A stretch of DNA of 59,448 nt, counting the filler, from Sphacelaria rigidula (lineage: Eukaryota): assembly GCA_964200075.2 (NCBI GenBank). It is 6 parts of 6 records of this genome, joined end to end, with 100 filler letters (N's around TTAATTAATTAA, not from the genome) between each part and the next. Parts side by side here need not be neighbours in the genome. Positions count along the whole stretch, not along the records: positions 29,778 to 39,601 come from CAXNAA020007682.1; positions 39,702 to 49,525 come from CAXNAA020007683.1; 4 more parts are not named here. One strand, given 5' to 3'. Under the pieces are notes generated by a model. That model had not been told where the DNA came from. It made no database searches and saw only the letters and a list, made by a program, of their open reading frames with translations. The position numbers and the translations under genes are program-made. Below, one piece after another: positions 38,821 to 49,625 of the stretch (within the stretch, counting starts at the first letter, position 1; every line of letters starts with the position of its first letter).

Positions 38821-39498
38821 CTGTAAGTCACACAAAGTACACACAGCAGCCATGCAAGCATGTAACGAGGCTGTCCCTTTACTCCCTTACTATTCGCTTC
38901 GAAACAACACCGAACCTTCGTGATCTCTACTGGCAAGGGTGCCCGCACTGTTAATTTTGAACTGGTTTGTTGTTACGCAGTACATGTGCACTACAAATAC
39001 ATTCCAACCCTAAATCCCCACATACAACACAGACGGAGGCGAGTACTTGCGAAACAGAAGCCTCCGGTAAGAACAGAACCAACCCAGACCAAGATACGAG
39101 GCGAAACTGAACAGACAACGCCCGTCTGTTGACAAGGCAGTGCCGTCATGAATGATGTACTCCATCCCTGGACAGAGTTCAAGATGGACTACGGGCGACA
39201 ACCGGGACACAGTGCAACTTTGGATAACTGCATGACGTCAACAAGAGCCGAAAACTAAAAATCTGTGGCTGTTTGTCAGGGTGAGAGGACTACGCACCCT
39301 ACGGGTAGTGATCCACCACTCAGGGACAAACTCCAAAAACACAGCAACAACACAGGGATTGCATCATTCATCAACCACAACGTCAACACACCTAAAAAAG
39401 AACAAGCAAAACTAAACACATCATAACCACAGTAAATTCATCTAGTTTGATGTTCCTTCACAGCGTCATTTTCCAGGAACCCCCCCTTGCCCTCCCCT

Positions 39499-39554
39499 TG
39501 GTCAATGGTTAAACGACCGAGGCAAGCAACAAATCAGTAGCCCCCCCCCCCCCC
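39499..39554 (+). repeat. Truncated copy of the poly-C-associated repeat
   Basis: TGGTCAATGGTTAAACGACCGAGGCAAGCAACAAATCAGTAG followed by a C-run; the other flank is also C-rich. Confidence 0.8.
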
Positions 39555-39601
39555 GCCCCTCCTCCCTCTTCCCGCCATCTCTTCCCTGCGGTATCGGTGC
39601 G

Positions 39602-39701
39602 NNNNNNNNNNNNNNNNNNNNNNNNNNNNNNNNNNNNNNNNNNNNTTAATTAATTAANNNNNNNNNNNNNNNNNNNNNNNNNNNNNNNNNNNNNNNNNNN
39701 N
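39602..39701. other. Artificial concatenation spacer
   Basis: N44-TTAATTAATTAA-N44. Confidence 0.97.
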
Positions 39702-40740
39702 CATTAGTCCGATCTCGCGAACCCGTGGTCACAGACGTAGGCTCGCCTTTCCAATACCGTCCCTGCTATTCCTTCCAAGAGATATTACCAAATATGAAAA
39801 AAAGGAGAGAGACGCCACGAAAAACGGTGAGAAGTAGCTCCCCCGAGTTCAACGGGGAGAGAAAACAAAGGAAGAAAAACAAACAAACGCCAGATCTGTC
39901 AAAAATGTACACCCAAAGAAAGGAAGAGAGAAGATAATAAAGGACAAAACAGGGAAAGGCAGGTGTCACAAGGAGATGAGCATGGCCACCATGTTAGGGT
40001 TCAACTCAAAAACAAAAACAATCCGAGGCGCCCTCATAGACGACTACCACAGCTGTTCGGAGAAAGGTGGCAGCGAGTGTACTGCCCGAATGGACTACAG
40101 GTTACGTTTTGGAGGTCCTCGGTCGGCACTGGGGGAGTTCTAGAGGCAGTACAGCAAACGACTCTTTAGCTTGGCGTGCTTTGGACCAAGCTGTCATAAA
40201 CAAACTAGTCCCCTCCTCTACAACTCGAGACCATTCGGACACATCTTGGGCAACCTGCGTCCACGATGTCGCGTGAACTCCGAAGTATGAGCAGTAGTCG
40301 GTGATGCAATGTTGTAGGCGCCTTGCGGGTCGGCCTGCCCTCGTTTGCCCTCCAACCATCACTGGACGCATAACTATGTTGGGGAGGCGGTCATCGTGCA
40401 TGCGCACAACCTGGCCGGCGTGTAGGAGGGTCAGTTACATCACGGTGGCCTCAACGCACTCGCAGCTAGTTCGTTTGAGGACTTCGTGGTAGTGGTTGTC
40501 AGGGGCGCTGCGGCTGGAGGTATGCTTGTTGAGGCACCTCGGCAGGAATCCTCGATGAGCCTCCCGTTTTGCGCCGAAATTGCCGCGTGCGATCGTGCAG
40601 GTCGCGCAGCCGTACAACATCACCTTGATCACTTCAGTCTTCAGGAGGCTGATCTTGGCCAGGTGAACAGAAAATGCGTGTCTCGTCTAGAGGTGCCTGG
40701 CGCACTTGGGTACACGGTCGCGCTTCATGTGGGCAATAAT
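39702..40740 (-). mobile_element. Decayed, 5'-truncated RTE-like LINE (region C-terminal to the RT plus 3' UTR)
   Basis: KISLLKTEVIKVMLYGCAT...EAHRGFL...EVLKRTSCECVEATV*...HAGQVVRMHDDRLPNIVM...RAGRP matches the LLYG.ETW...GHV.RM.D.RLP...RGRP pattern of the RTE clade. The UTR is shared with 24351-24748. Confidence 0.8.
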
Positions 40741-42304
40741 CATCCCTGAGCATGTATGTGATCGACTGGTGTTCGTGATACAGAAGGACAGACGCTCGGT
40801 GGGGGTGGCGAGGCTTATCTTACATCATAGCTTGCTTGATTTTAGGTATTCCTTCGAGATGACGAGCATAAAACGTCGGGGGTGCCGAGGTTACCATACC
40901 CTTCACACGTACCCGCTGTCGACTAAAACGGGATCGAAGTAAAAGAAGCAAAGGGAGATGCAAGGGAAACGCCCGTCTTTGTAGAGACTTGCGCAATTCC
41001 CGGTCGTCGTCGTTGCCCTGGTTGTCAGTCCGTCTGTTTCTAATGAGGGAAACCGGAGTACAGCAGAAGAAAACAAAAGATCGGCGAACACAATATTCTT
41101 CAATGAAGTCAAGTGGTCAGCCACGAAGTGCAATATCACAGGGAGCCCGGGCAGTCCAAAATAAGCAGAAAATAGGATCACAACGCAAATAACACCGACA
41201 ACCCTCACGAGCTCAAATTGACTCCGGTGAAATTTAGTCCAGGTTTATCATGGGATGCAAAAAAATGCATTATTGAGGTACCCCTGTCTGTACAGGCGCA
41301 ACATCGACCTCAAACAATCTCAATGTATGACAAGCCGCTACACATGAATCAAGCTGTACCAGTCAACCGCCAAAAGGCTATTGGGTAGTGTACCCATCAC
41401 CTTCTAGCTCGTGGGTTCTATATTTATCAACAATTGGGTGCCGGGCACATCGCACTGTCAACCGAGTGAACATCAAACGTTGCCTGCTCGCGCAAATACC
41501 CTTCAAATGACAATATATTCCTTTCGGTGGAGAGCGAAGGCATAGGAAACACACGCCAGTTCCTGGTAATTCTTGATCAATTCGAGGGGTAACCTCAACG
41601 CTGTTTTTTTCAATTACCACACATCAGTTCGACATTTCTGACCCGTGGTCAACTTATTCCGAAGTCTCGCAAACAGCGTGAATCCTTGCTCAGACTCCAA
41701 GAACACACTTAAAATACGCTGACCATTTTTTCACAAGTTCATACTTGGCAGTCTAATTATTCGGATTGAGACTACTCCCCCCCCACCCCACAGCTCATCA
41801 CCACCACGGTTGGGCTATCGTAACACACAAATGGTGGGTGGGGTATCGGAAGTGAAAGATATACCCCATTCTCGCCAATGCGAGAACTGCATGCCACTTG
41901 ATCCTTTTGTCCATCAACAACTGTCCATGCCAACAATGATTAGGATTGAAAAAGAGAACACATATACAACGCGGTCGGGCCTTGTGAGCCAAGGTTTCAG
42001 CCCCCCCAGAAAGTAAAAATAACTGTGTACAACAAGTAAATGCCTACACCATGTGCGGTTCATGGACACGTGCATGAGCACGCTGATTGAGCTTACCTTT
42101 GATAATCTGGACGAAAAAACACTGAAGGCCAAGGGTGCGGGGAGATGAGGGGGAAATCACTGCTGCTCCTCTCTGCAGACAAGCGAGAACAGAGGGCAAC
42201 TCTACTGTCTGTACTGTACATTCCACCAAAACCAAGAATAAACAGCACACTAGGGTTACCACGTTGCACGTTCACAGCTCGGGACAGCAATGAATCCAGT
42301 GATT

Positions 42305-42985
42305 TCACCACTTTTCTCCCGCGAACCAGCCAGGTGGGGGCCATCGGGGGTAATCCGTACCATAACCCGCGAGCGGGTTGCAACGCATGAGCCGCCAGGC
42401 TGTCAGCACCGCCCCCTTCACCGGCCCAAACTTCTCGATGGATTCCACAGCATACACGGAGCATGTTGGGAAGAACCGGCAAGCGGGTGGCATCAGCGGT
42501 GACAGTTCCTTCTTGTACGCCTTGATGAAGGCAATCATTGCCCCCTTCACACTTTCCTCCGCCGTTGCCTTCGCCGCCGCTGCCGACTCCTCCTTTTCCG
42601 CTGCCTCCCCATCGCTCCTAACGACCAGATGCCTCGAGATTGCAGCCCTCACCGTTGTTGCCAACACTAGCCCTCCCGCTGATATTAGAGACCGCGATGG
42701 CAGTCTCAGTGCTGGGCGGCGTGGATGCCCTGCGGTGCACGATCCTCGACTGAGGAGCCACACGCCCCCAGCGGCGTGATGAGCGCACGCTACGGTTGTA
42801 GATTGGAGTGCAGCATGCTGTGTGCTGCGTCTGAGCCATCTTGGATTTTTGCGATTGATGTGGATGGTGTGAGTAGCGCGATCTATCCTGCGTAGCGGTG
42901 CTGAGTTGATAGCTGCTCCTCTACCCCACGAACTCAACAAAAGAGCTACCACGGCGACCATGATCCGCGGCATTGAAGTTGACAT
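42305..42985 (-). CDS. yidD: YidD-family (membrane protein insertion efficiency factor / haemolytic domain) protein with an N-terminal signal peptide, probably plastid-targeted; intronless
   Basis: 226-aa ATG-initiated ORF. The C-terminal IAFIKAYKKELSPLMPPACRFFPTCSVYAVESIEKFGPVKGAVLTAWRLMRCNPLAGYGTDYP has the YidD CRF.PTCS.Y...RCNP signature. The N-terminus is hydrophobic (MVAVVALLLSSWG) and is followed by an Arg/Ser/Ala-rich transit-like region. Confidence 0.9.
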   Translation of the reverse strand: MSTSMPRIMVAVVALLLSSWGRGAAINSAPLRRIDRATHTIHINRKNPRWLRRSTQHAALQSTTVACAHHAAGGVWLLSRGSCTAGHPRRPALRLPSRSLISAGGLVLATTVRAAISRHLVVRSDGEAAEKEESAAAAKATAEESVKGAMIAFIKAYKKELSPLMPPACRFFPTCSVYAVESIEKFGPVKGAVLTAWRLMRCNPLAGYGTDYPRWPPPGWFAGEKW

Positions 42986-43488
42986 GGTGTAGGTGGTGTA
43001 CCGTAGGCTACTGACTATTGTCTGTTGTTCGTCTTTGGTGCGGTGTTTGCGCGCAGCACGATGTCGAATTGTGTCTTACGCCGCTGATATATTTAGAACC
43101 ACTCTCCCCGATTCGTTTGGTTGATACTTTCTCAAATACCGAGCCCTTCACTCACTGCCACCTTGACCACATGCGTGTAGATCGATCGGCATGTACGGCT
43201 CCAGGGCCCGCACTCGAACTCTCAGAGTATTCAAATTCGGTGCATTGAATTAACATTTGTATGCATCGTGTCATATATTTTGTCCTTGGAGACGCAGAAA
43301 ATGACTGACGGTGTAAATAGCTTAATTCGTGATCAAGAATTTGAATTCAACGGAGATACTTCGATGTTTCCGAACGAGTACAAGCCTGGAGCATTTGAGC
43401 ATTTCCTTGAAGAAAACCAAAAATCTCGATACAAAATCTGCTAGCCGGGAGAGCTTGCACTCAATTGCCACATATATAAGTGATTATC

Positions 43489-45039
43489 ATGTCAGCAGAT
43501 TGCAAATACGAAGAGAGGGCGGTCCTTGAAAAGTCTCACGCCAGGCTTTTCGACCTTGTGCGCAAGGAAGCAACAGCGCAACAATGGGCACGATGGCTGC
43601 GAGTGCCGCTGGAGCACGCGGCTGCGGCAGGTGACGCGAAGCTAGTGAACGATCTGCTCGCAGCTGGGGCTAGTCCTAAACCCAGCTGGAAGGGTTCCTT
43701 CGGCAGGAGTCTGCTGTGTGCGGCAGTCCAGGGTGGAAATCATGAGGTTGTGTCTAAGCTGCTCATCCCATGCGCCAACCCAGACGTGAACGTGCTGTCG
43801 GGCAGGCAAAGCCTATCACCCTTACACCATGCGGCATCCGATGGGCACGAGTCGATTGCGAAGCTGCTGTTGCTGGCAGGAGCAGATGTGGATATTGTTG
43901 ACAGCAAGCGAAGCAGTCCATTGCTATTGGCCGTTCGTGGCGGACATCCTCAATTGGTGAACTTCCTCCTTTTGAGAGGTGCTGCTCCCAACTGTTACGA
44001 CCACGAAGGTGATGCTCCTCTCCACATCGCAGCCGGCCAAGGCCGCGACGACATCGTATCTTTACTGCTTCTCAGCGGGGCAGAGGTGGACATCAAGGAC
44101 GGCGAGCAGCAAACTCCGCTGCACCTTGCTGCCGCAAATGGACACATTGCCGCCTCGAAAGCTCTCCTGACAGCTAGGGCGGACGTTAACCTGAAGGCAG
44201 ACTATCGCTATGGTCCGTTGACGTTCGCCGCCGTCGGGGGGCATACAGAGGTTATCAAGGCGTTACTTCAACACGGGGCCCGCGTAACGGATCTTTCTTA
44301 CGGCAAGTCTGCTCTGCACTTCGCGGCGAAGCTCGACCATGCAAGCGCCTTGGATGCGCTGATCAAGGCAGGGGCATATGTCGATACGACTCGGGAAGGT
44401 CGCATGTTTACACCGCTCCACTACGCGGCGCGAGCTGGTAGTTGCAATGCCTTGCATACCCTACTACGTCACAATGCGGACGTTCACGCCCGTGATGTCG
44501 ATGGGGCATCTGCATTGATGCAGGCGTGCATGACTCTGCAGCAGGATGCCGCCGACGTTCTACTCAGATGTGGTGCCGATGAGAATACTGCCGACTTCAA
44601 TGACCGCTCTGTCTACGAGAAGATCGGAACGCGCGTTGGCCAGAACTACGAGGGAGAAAAATATGCGGACGTTCAACGCATGCGCAGGCTGCTGAAGCGT
44701 GCTCCGGCGGACAGAGCATGGCGTCGGCGGGGCATGCTGGTCCTGTGCCGCGCCTTCCCAAACAAGGCCCGGGTTATCTGTGGCAGCATTGGAGGCGGTG
44801 ATAGCAGCGTGGAACAGCAGGAGCCTGTAGCACGCAGATGTACGAGGTCTAGTAAACGCGGCAAGACGCAGATAAGCGTCCGGGTCACTGTAGGCTGTGA
44901 TGATGACAAGTCAGGAGTGGCTACAGCGGACATCGCGAGTACTCGAGATGAGGCTGGTGGGCGTATGTGCCATGTGGAGGTCAGGGTCGTGAGGTTGAAG
45001 CCGGAGGTGCTGTTCCGCTCTGTCGTGAGCTTTTTGTAG
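43489..45039 (+). CDS. Ankyrin-repeat protein of the brown-algal / EsV-1-like family; intronless
   Basis: About 516 aa from the ATG at 43489, with roughly 9-10 ankyrin repeats (SPLHHAA, SPLLLAV, APLHIAA, TPLHLAA, SALHFAA, TPLHYAA). Family-typical N-terminal QWARWLRVPLEHAAA and C-terminal RAPADRAWRRRGMLVLCRA and LFRSVVSFL*. Confidence 0.92.
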   Translation: MSADCKYEERAVLEKSHARLFDLVRKEATAQQWARWLRVPLEHAAAAGDAKLVNDLLAAGASPKPSWKGSFGRSLLCAAVQGGNHEVVSKLLIPCANPDVNVLSGRQSLSPLHHAASDGHESIAKLLLLAGADVDIVDSKRSSPLLLAVRGGHPQLVNFLLLRGAAPNCYDHEGDAPLHIAAGQGRDDIVSLLLLSGAEVDIKDGEQQTPLHLAAANGHIAASKALLTARADVNLKADYRYGPLTFAAVGGHTEVIKALLQHGARVTDLSYGKSALHFAAKLDHASALDALIKAGAYVDTTREGRMFTPLHYAARAGSCNALHTLLRHNADVHARDVDGASALMQACMTLQQDAADVLLRCGADENTADFNDRSVYEKIGTRVGQNYEGEKYADVQRMRRLLKRAPADRAWRRRGMLVLCRAFPNKARVICGSIGGGDSSVEQQEPVARRCTRSSKRGKTQISVRVTVGCDDDKSGVATADIASTRDEAGGRMCHVEVRVVRLKPEVLFRSVVSFL

Positions 45040-45196
45040 ACGGTAAGAGTTTCTACCTGTGTGCACAGATCCGCAGTCGCTTCCGATGGTCTCTCTTCAG
45101 TGTTGCAAACGCCGGACAGCTCGTGATTCGTCTGAAATGACTTATCAAAGAAAACTCTCGGACCCATTGGTCCATGAACACAAAATACGTGATCGC

Positions 45197-45608
45197 TAGA
45201 GCTCGGAAATGGTTTGTCTAACCATTAACCAGTTGAATGATTACGCGTAGCGCGCTCATGAACCAGTTAAATGGTACATAATGGTTTGGTCATCGAGCGG
45301 CGAAGCCGCGAGCCAACCCCCCCCCGCCAGAGGGAGCCCCGCCAGAGACGCCCCCGGAGGACCCGGCTGAAGGCGCCGTTCCGGAGGCACGTTTTTACGC
45401 GATCTGACTTAACGAGAGCTAAAAATACGTTAAATTTGGGCCAATTTTCAAGGACTGTATGTAGCATACGTAGCTGGTAACGGCTTATAAAGCCGGTAAC
45501 GGTAAATCATGGTTTGAAACCATTATCCAAAACTTTCATATAACCATCACCATTATTACCATTATAATGATGATGGCCAGTTATAACTGGTACCATTTCC
45601 GACCTCTA
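45197..45608 (+). mobile_element. Complete non-autonomous hAT-type MITE (412 bp)
   Basis: 17-bp TIRs TAGAGCTCGGAAATGGT / ACCATTTCCGACCTCTA and an 8-bp TSD GTGATCGC / GTGCTCGC (one mismatch). Second copy at 9457-9826. Confidence 0.9.
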
Positions 45609-47262
45609 GTGCTCGCGGAGTCAGAAAAGCCAAAGCGCAACCTTTGCGCTAGTTGGAGCGCTCGGCGTCCGGTGCTAGGGAACAACCGTGGAAAAGGGTG
45701 ACCAAATTATGCGGATCATGATCCAGATCAGTATACTGAGAGGAATTACTTTTCAGACGGATCATGATCTGTCCGACGTGTGCAGTGTTGTATTTTCCAG
45801 AACTGTGCTGGGGTTGTAGTTTTTTTTTTATGTTGCAGAGATTTACGAGTGACGGAAGCCTTAGACAGCGAGCGTCGTCTCGGACCAGTTAGATATACTA
45901 GTCGAGGCCAAAACATATCTATTTTGTTTCATAGAGTGTACAGGATCTTCCTGATAAAAAATCGCACATGCCAATGACATGCGAAGGTTCCGCCTGGTTG
46001 GTCGGCAAAGAAGCGCAGAAGGCCATCTGCACTCATGACACGCACACCTCCTGCTGCAGTGCATCGTTCAGTTCATTCATTTTCATGTCAAAACTGTGAC
46101 AATGCAACACAGATGACCTACCCTGGGAGTGCCCGTCTGTATGGGTCGAGACAAAGCCGATCGAAAACCCCACAGTACAGTACAGCAGTACAATGCTTTA
46201 TATTACAGTACGGTGTTGCCTTCTCTCTCCCTCGCGTTGCATTTGTTCCGTTTGTCTACGGGTATCACCAAGGATCAGGTTACATACATCAAACCCCTCG
46301 ATAGCGTCACCCCTTCCTGCCTCCGGTTGCAAAATTAGGCCCTTGGATTGCCACGGTGGGCTTCCATTTTCGAAGTAAATATTACGCCCATGAAACACAA
46401 CTGACCCATCCGGAGGGTGGCTGTCATTTGTGTAAACAAAGCCGAAGTGCACAGTACAGCCCAGTACAATGCAGTACAGTACCGCGCAAAACAGTACAGT
46501 GTTATCTTCTCTGCGTCACCCGCCGCATTGCCCCCTTAGCCTGTGGGTATCGCCCGAGTATCGGATTACTCCGTTGGAGAGCGTCGCTTCTTCCCGCCCG
46601 CTCTAAAAGTGACGCTTGATCGCCAGGGTGGTGTCTCATTTTTATTTTTCAAGTCAAAATCTCTGGAGACGGTCGCCCCTTCCTACAAAGCCGCTCTAAC
46701 GTTGAACCCTTCGACCTCCGATTTGGTCATCTGGGTTTTGCATTCATTTTTCAAGTGAAAAGTATGCCGATACAACATATGACCGACCTTGGGGTTAGTG
46801 ACACTTGTCTGTGTATTCCCGACGTACAAGCTCAAGTCGCAGCGGACGGAGGACGGAGGCGGTAGAGGCGGTACGGCGAACATGGCGGTACCAATACAAT
46901 CAACATAAAAGACGAAGAGAAGAACATACTTTAGTCACCATGATGTTGTCTGTTCCAGTACACGCTATGGCCTTTACCTTCGGTTCCCTATGCGGCTGTG
47001 TACACAAGGGGCGAGACTTTTCTCTGGGACTTTTTTCTTTGTAGATGCCCGATATCCACTCATGACAAACGCCATTGTATGTAGCGTGAAAGTAGATGTT
47101 CTGAATCCCAAATGGGGCATAGTCCATCTGAGTCCATCTCAGGGAGGTTCGCAATCTAAGGGTTACCACGCAGACGGCGAGAGTATGTCATCTGTTGAAA
47201 CTGGCTTCAATTTCACTTGAAAGAAGTATGCATGAGCTAGATGATCTGCCCTCGCGATCTAA

Positions 47263-47718
47263 GGCCGCTTCTTATGGTAAAAAAACGGGCCCTCGGATAA
47301 CTGCCCTTTATGAACCCCTCATCGCGGAGTTTCGGTGGGATACGGGCCTTGACGGATTGGGCATGCCCTCAAGATTTACTATGCTTTCCAAGAGTGTTCT
47401 AGCGCACTTTCCCGATCTTTCGTGCGCTCACTTTAACTTTCGGCCGGATTCCCGATTGCTTCAGTAGCCCAAAAAATCTTCGACTTGTCGGAAAAAAAGC
47501 CCGTGTTGGAAAATAAACCCGTGTTTTTCTCGAAAACTCGAAGAGTTTCGGGGGCTACTGAAACAATCGGGAGAGTGCGCTAGAATCCTCTTGGAAAGTA
47601 TAGCAAATATTGAAAGGATGCCCAATCCGCCAAGGCTCGTATTCCGCCACAACTCCGCGATGAAGGGCTCAAAAGGGCAGTTCTCGTAGAGCCTGTTTTC
47701 TGGTTACAACAAGTGGCC
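47263..47718. mobile_element. PIF/Harbinger-like MITE with long diverged inverted arms
   Basis: GGCC termini flanked by TAA and TAG. About 47263-47416 is a diverged reverse complement of about 47565-47718. Confidence 0.7.
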
Positions 47719-48252
47719 TAGGGGTACAGGATTGAAGGGGGAAAAACGCATGAATTTTATTCTTGTCAAGGCGTGTGTTTTTGTCGGAGAAATTCTTCGA
47801 AATTTGGAAGAATATTTTTGAGTTCTGTAACTTGCCCGAGGCTTCTGAAGAATGGAAGCATGTTTTCAATTTTCACAGCACGAGGAAGATTCTACCCGAT
47901 ACCTCCAAATCTAAAAGCTGACCGCTTTTATCGAACGGCGGCGCCAAAAGCTTGTCTGGACCAATGAAACGTCACTGACGGTCAGTGCGAGCATGTGTTG
48001 ACCATTGCTACGGTACGGGTGCACTTTTTGCGTAAAATCGTGTCTGGTTCAGGAGCTCGTAACGATTGTAATGCACAAAATACGAGTCAGGGCATCCCCG
48101 TCTGCAAATTTATTCGGGATATTCCTAGCCCATTGGAATAGTAATCCTGGCGTACTCTCACATAGTTCATGAGTCGTGTTTTGGATGAGAAAAAGAGCCC
48201 CTAACAATTATAACCTCACAAAATATTTGTGCACTCCTACGGTAGCATTACT

Positions 48253-48348
48253 TGTTGTTGTTGTTGTTGCTGTTGTTGTTGCTGTTGTCGTTGTTGTTGT
48301 TATTATCTTCACATGAAAAACCGTTCCGATATCTGCGCGGTACATTCG
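48253..48348 (-). repeat. 3' end of a (CAA)n-tailed retroposon-like repeat
   Basis: Reverse-complement match to 29778-29845, including the (TTG)n tract. Confidence 0.75.
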
Positions 48349-48494
48349 TACTGGGCATCTGATGCGGACGCCTTCCGTGGTCACAGGCTAGCTACCTATT
48401 TTTGAGGTATGGGGAAATAAAACAACACAAAAAGAACAAAATAGACCTAGATTAGAACCCCTACGGTAGCATCACTCTGTTGTGTTAATGTGTC

Positions 48495-48590
48495 GCCATC
48501 CCATATATTGTGGGACACCAGTCTACACCTTACGATATATGTGAGCACATCAGCCGGGGTCACACAGTAGGAAGGCGAGCACAGGAGTGA
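48495..48590 (-). mobile_element. 3' fragment of the tRNA-derived SINE family seen at 14325-14683
   Basis: Shares TCCCAT.TATT.TGG...TATATGTGAGC.CATCAGCCGGGGTCAC.CAG.AGGAAGG. Confidence 0.7.
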
Positions 48591-49370
48591 GCATGTAGTG
48601 TCGGATATCGTATCCAAAATATCGATGTACCTTATCAAAGTATCAATATCGGTATCGCATCAAAAACAGTGCGATATAACCACAGCGATAACGATACGTT
48701 TCGACATGGTGCATGCTGTGTTTTTCATTGAACAGTGGGGCATTATTTATCACATAGCTGGTGTGGTGTGAATTCATGCTCTTGGAACCCATGATGCTTT
48801 TGGTTTTGGCGTTTTCTACTCCTTCTTTCGGGCGAGCATATGCTTCAATCTTCCGTTCTCTGATCGTTGGTTGTGCTCATTTGGGGCTAAGCTGCTCGCA
48901 CTTCTTCTGCTCATAAATATGTCCCACGCATGTCTTCTTGTGTGCCCGTTCGACGTTATCTCTTGTTCATGTTTGTGTACTAAATGCATACATTTTTCCC
49001 GCTTGATTTCCTTTGTTTCTGATGTCGGTGTTCAAGTAGTGCGGGTGTTTCCACTTCAACCCACTATTTTTTCAAGTTAAGCGCGAAGATTCTAAGCAAA
49101 ACAATCACATATACGTACTTCAATGTGGGGGTGCCCTGGGTGCCTTCGTGCCCTCTATTTGACCTACGATATATGGTGGTGACCTCCTGCTCAAAATGGA
49201 TGTAAATATGGTAGCATATGTTCGTCTATTCCTCTCATGCTCCTGATTCTGCTGGAAATGCCTCGAGTAGTTCTGGTTATGCTGCTTTTTCGCATATATA
49301 TTTTTGTTGTGCCAGGTGTAGGTGTACTGTAGACCCACGTCATCACTATGACCATCACCGCCCAAGTAGG

Positions 49371-49466
49371 CCGTCTCGAAAGGGATGCATGGTCAATGGT
49401 CAAACGACTAATGCAAGCAACAAATGAGTACGACATGCATGATCATGAGTACACCCCCCCCCCCCC
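49371..49466 (+). repeat. Copy of the poly-C-associated repeat with a duplicated 3' end
   Basis: ...CAACAAATGAGTACG-ACATGCATGATC-ATGAGTACA followed by C13. Confidence 0.85.
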
Positions 49467-49525
49467 AAAAACACCATTGGACCGGTTACCCAATCGAGGA
49501 ACTCCGACAGGAAGGTGAGTGCACT

Positions 49526-49625
49526 NNNNNNNNNNNNNNNNNNNNNNNNNNNNNNNNNNNNNNNNNNNNTTAATTAATTAANNNNNNNNNNNNNNNNNNN
49601 NNNNNNNNNNNNNNNNNNNNNNNNN
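49526..49625. other. Artificial concatenation spacer
   Basis: N44-TTAATTAATTAA-N44. Confidence 0.97.

Noticed and set aside
30162-45039. Endogenous giant-virus cluster (TOP2 plus ankyrin)
   Set aside because: TOP2 is intron-rich and host-like, and it lies on a different scaffold from the ankyrin gene.
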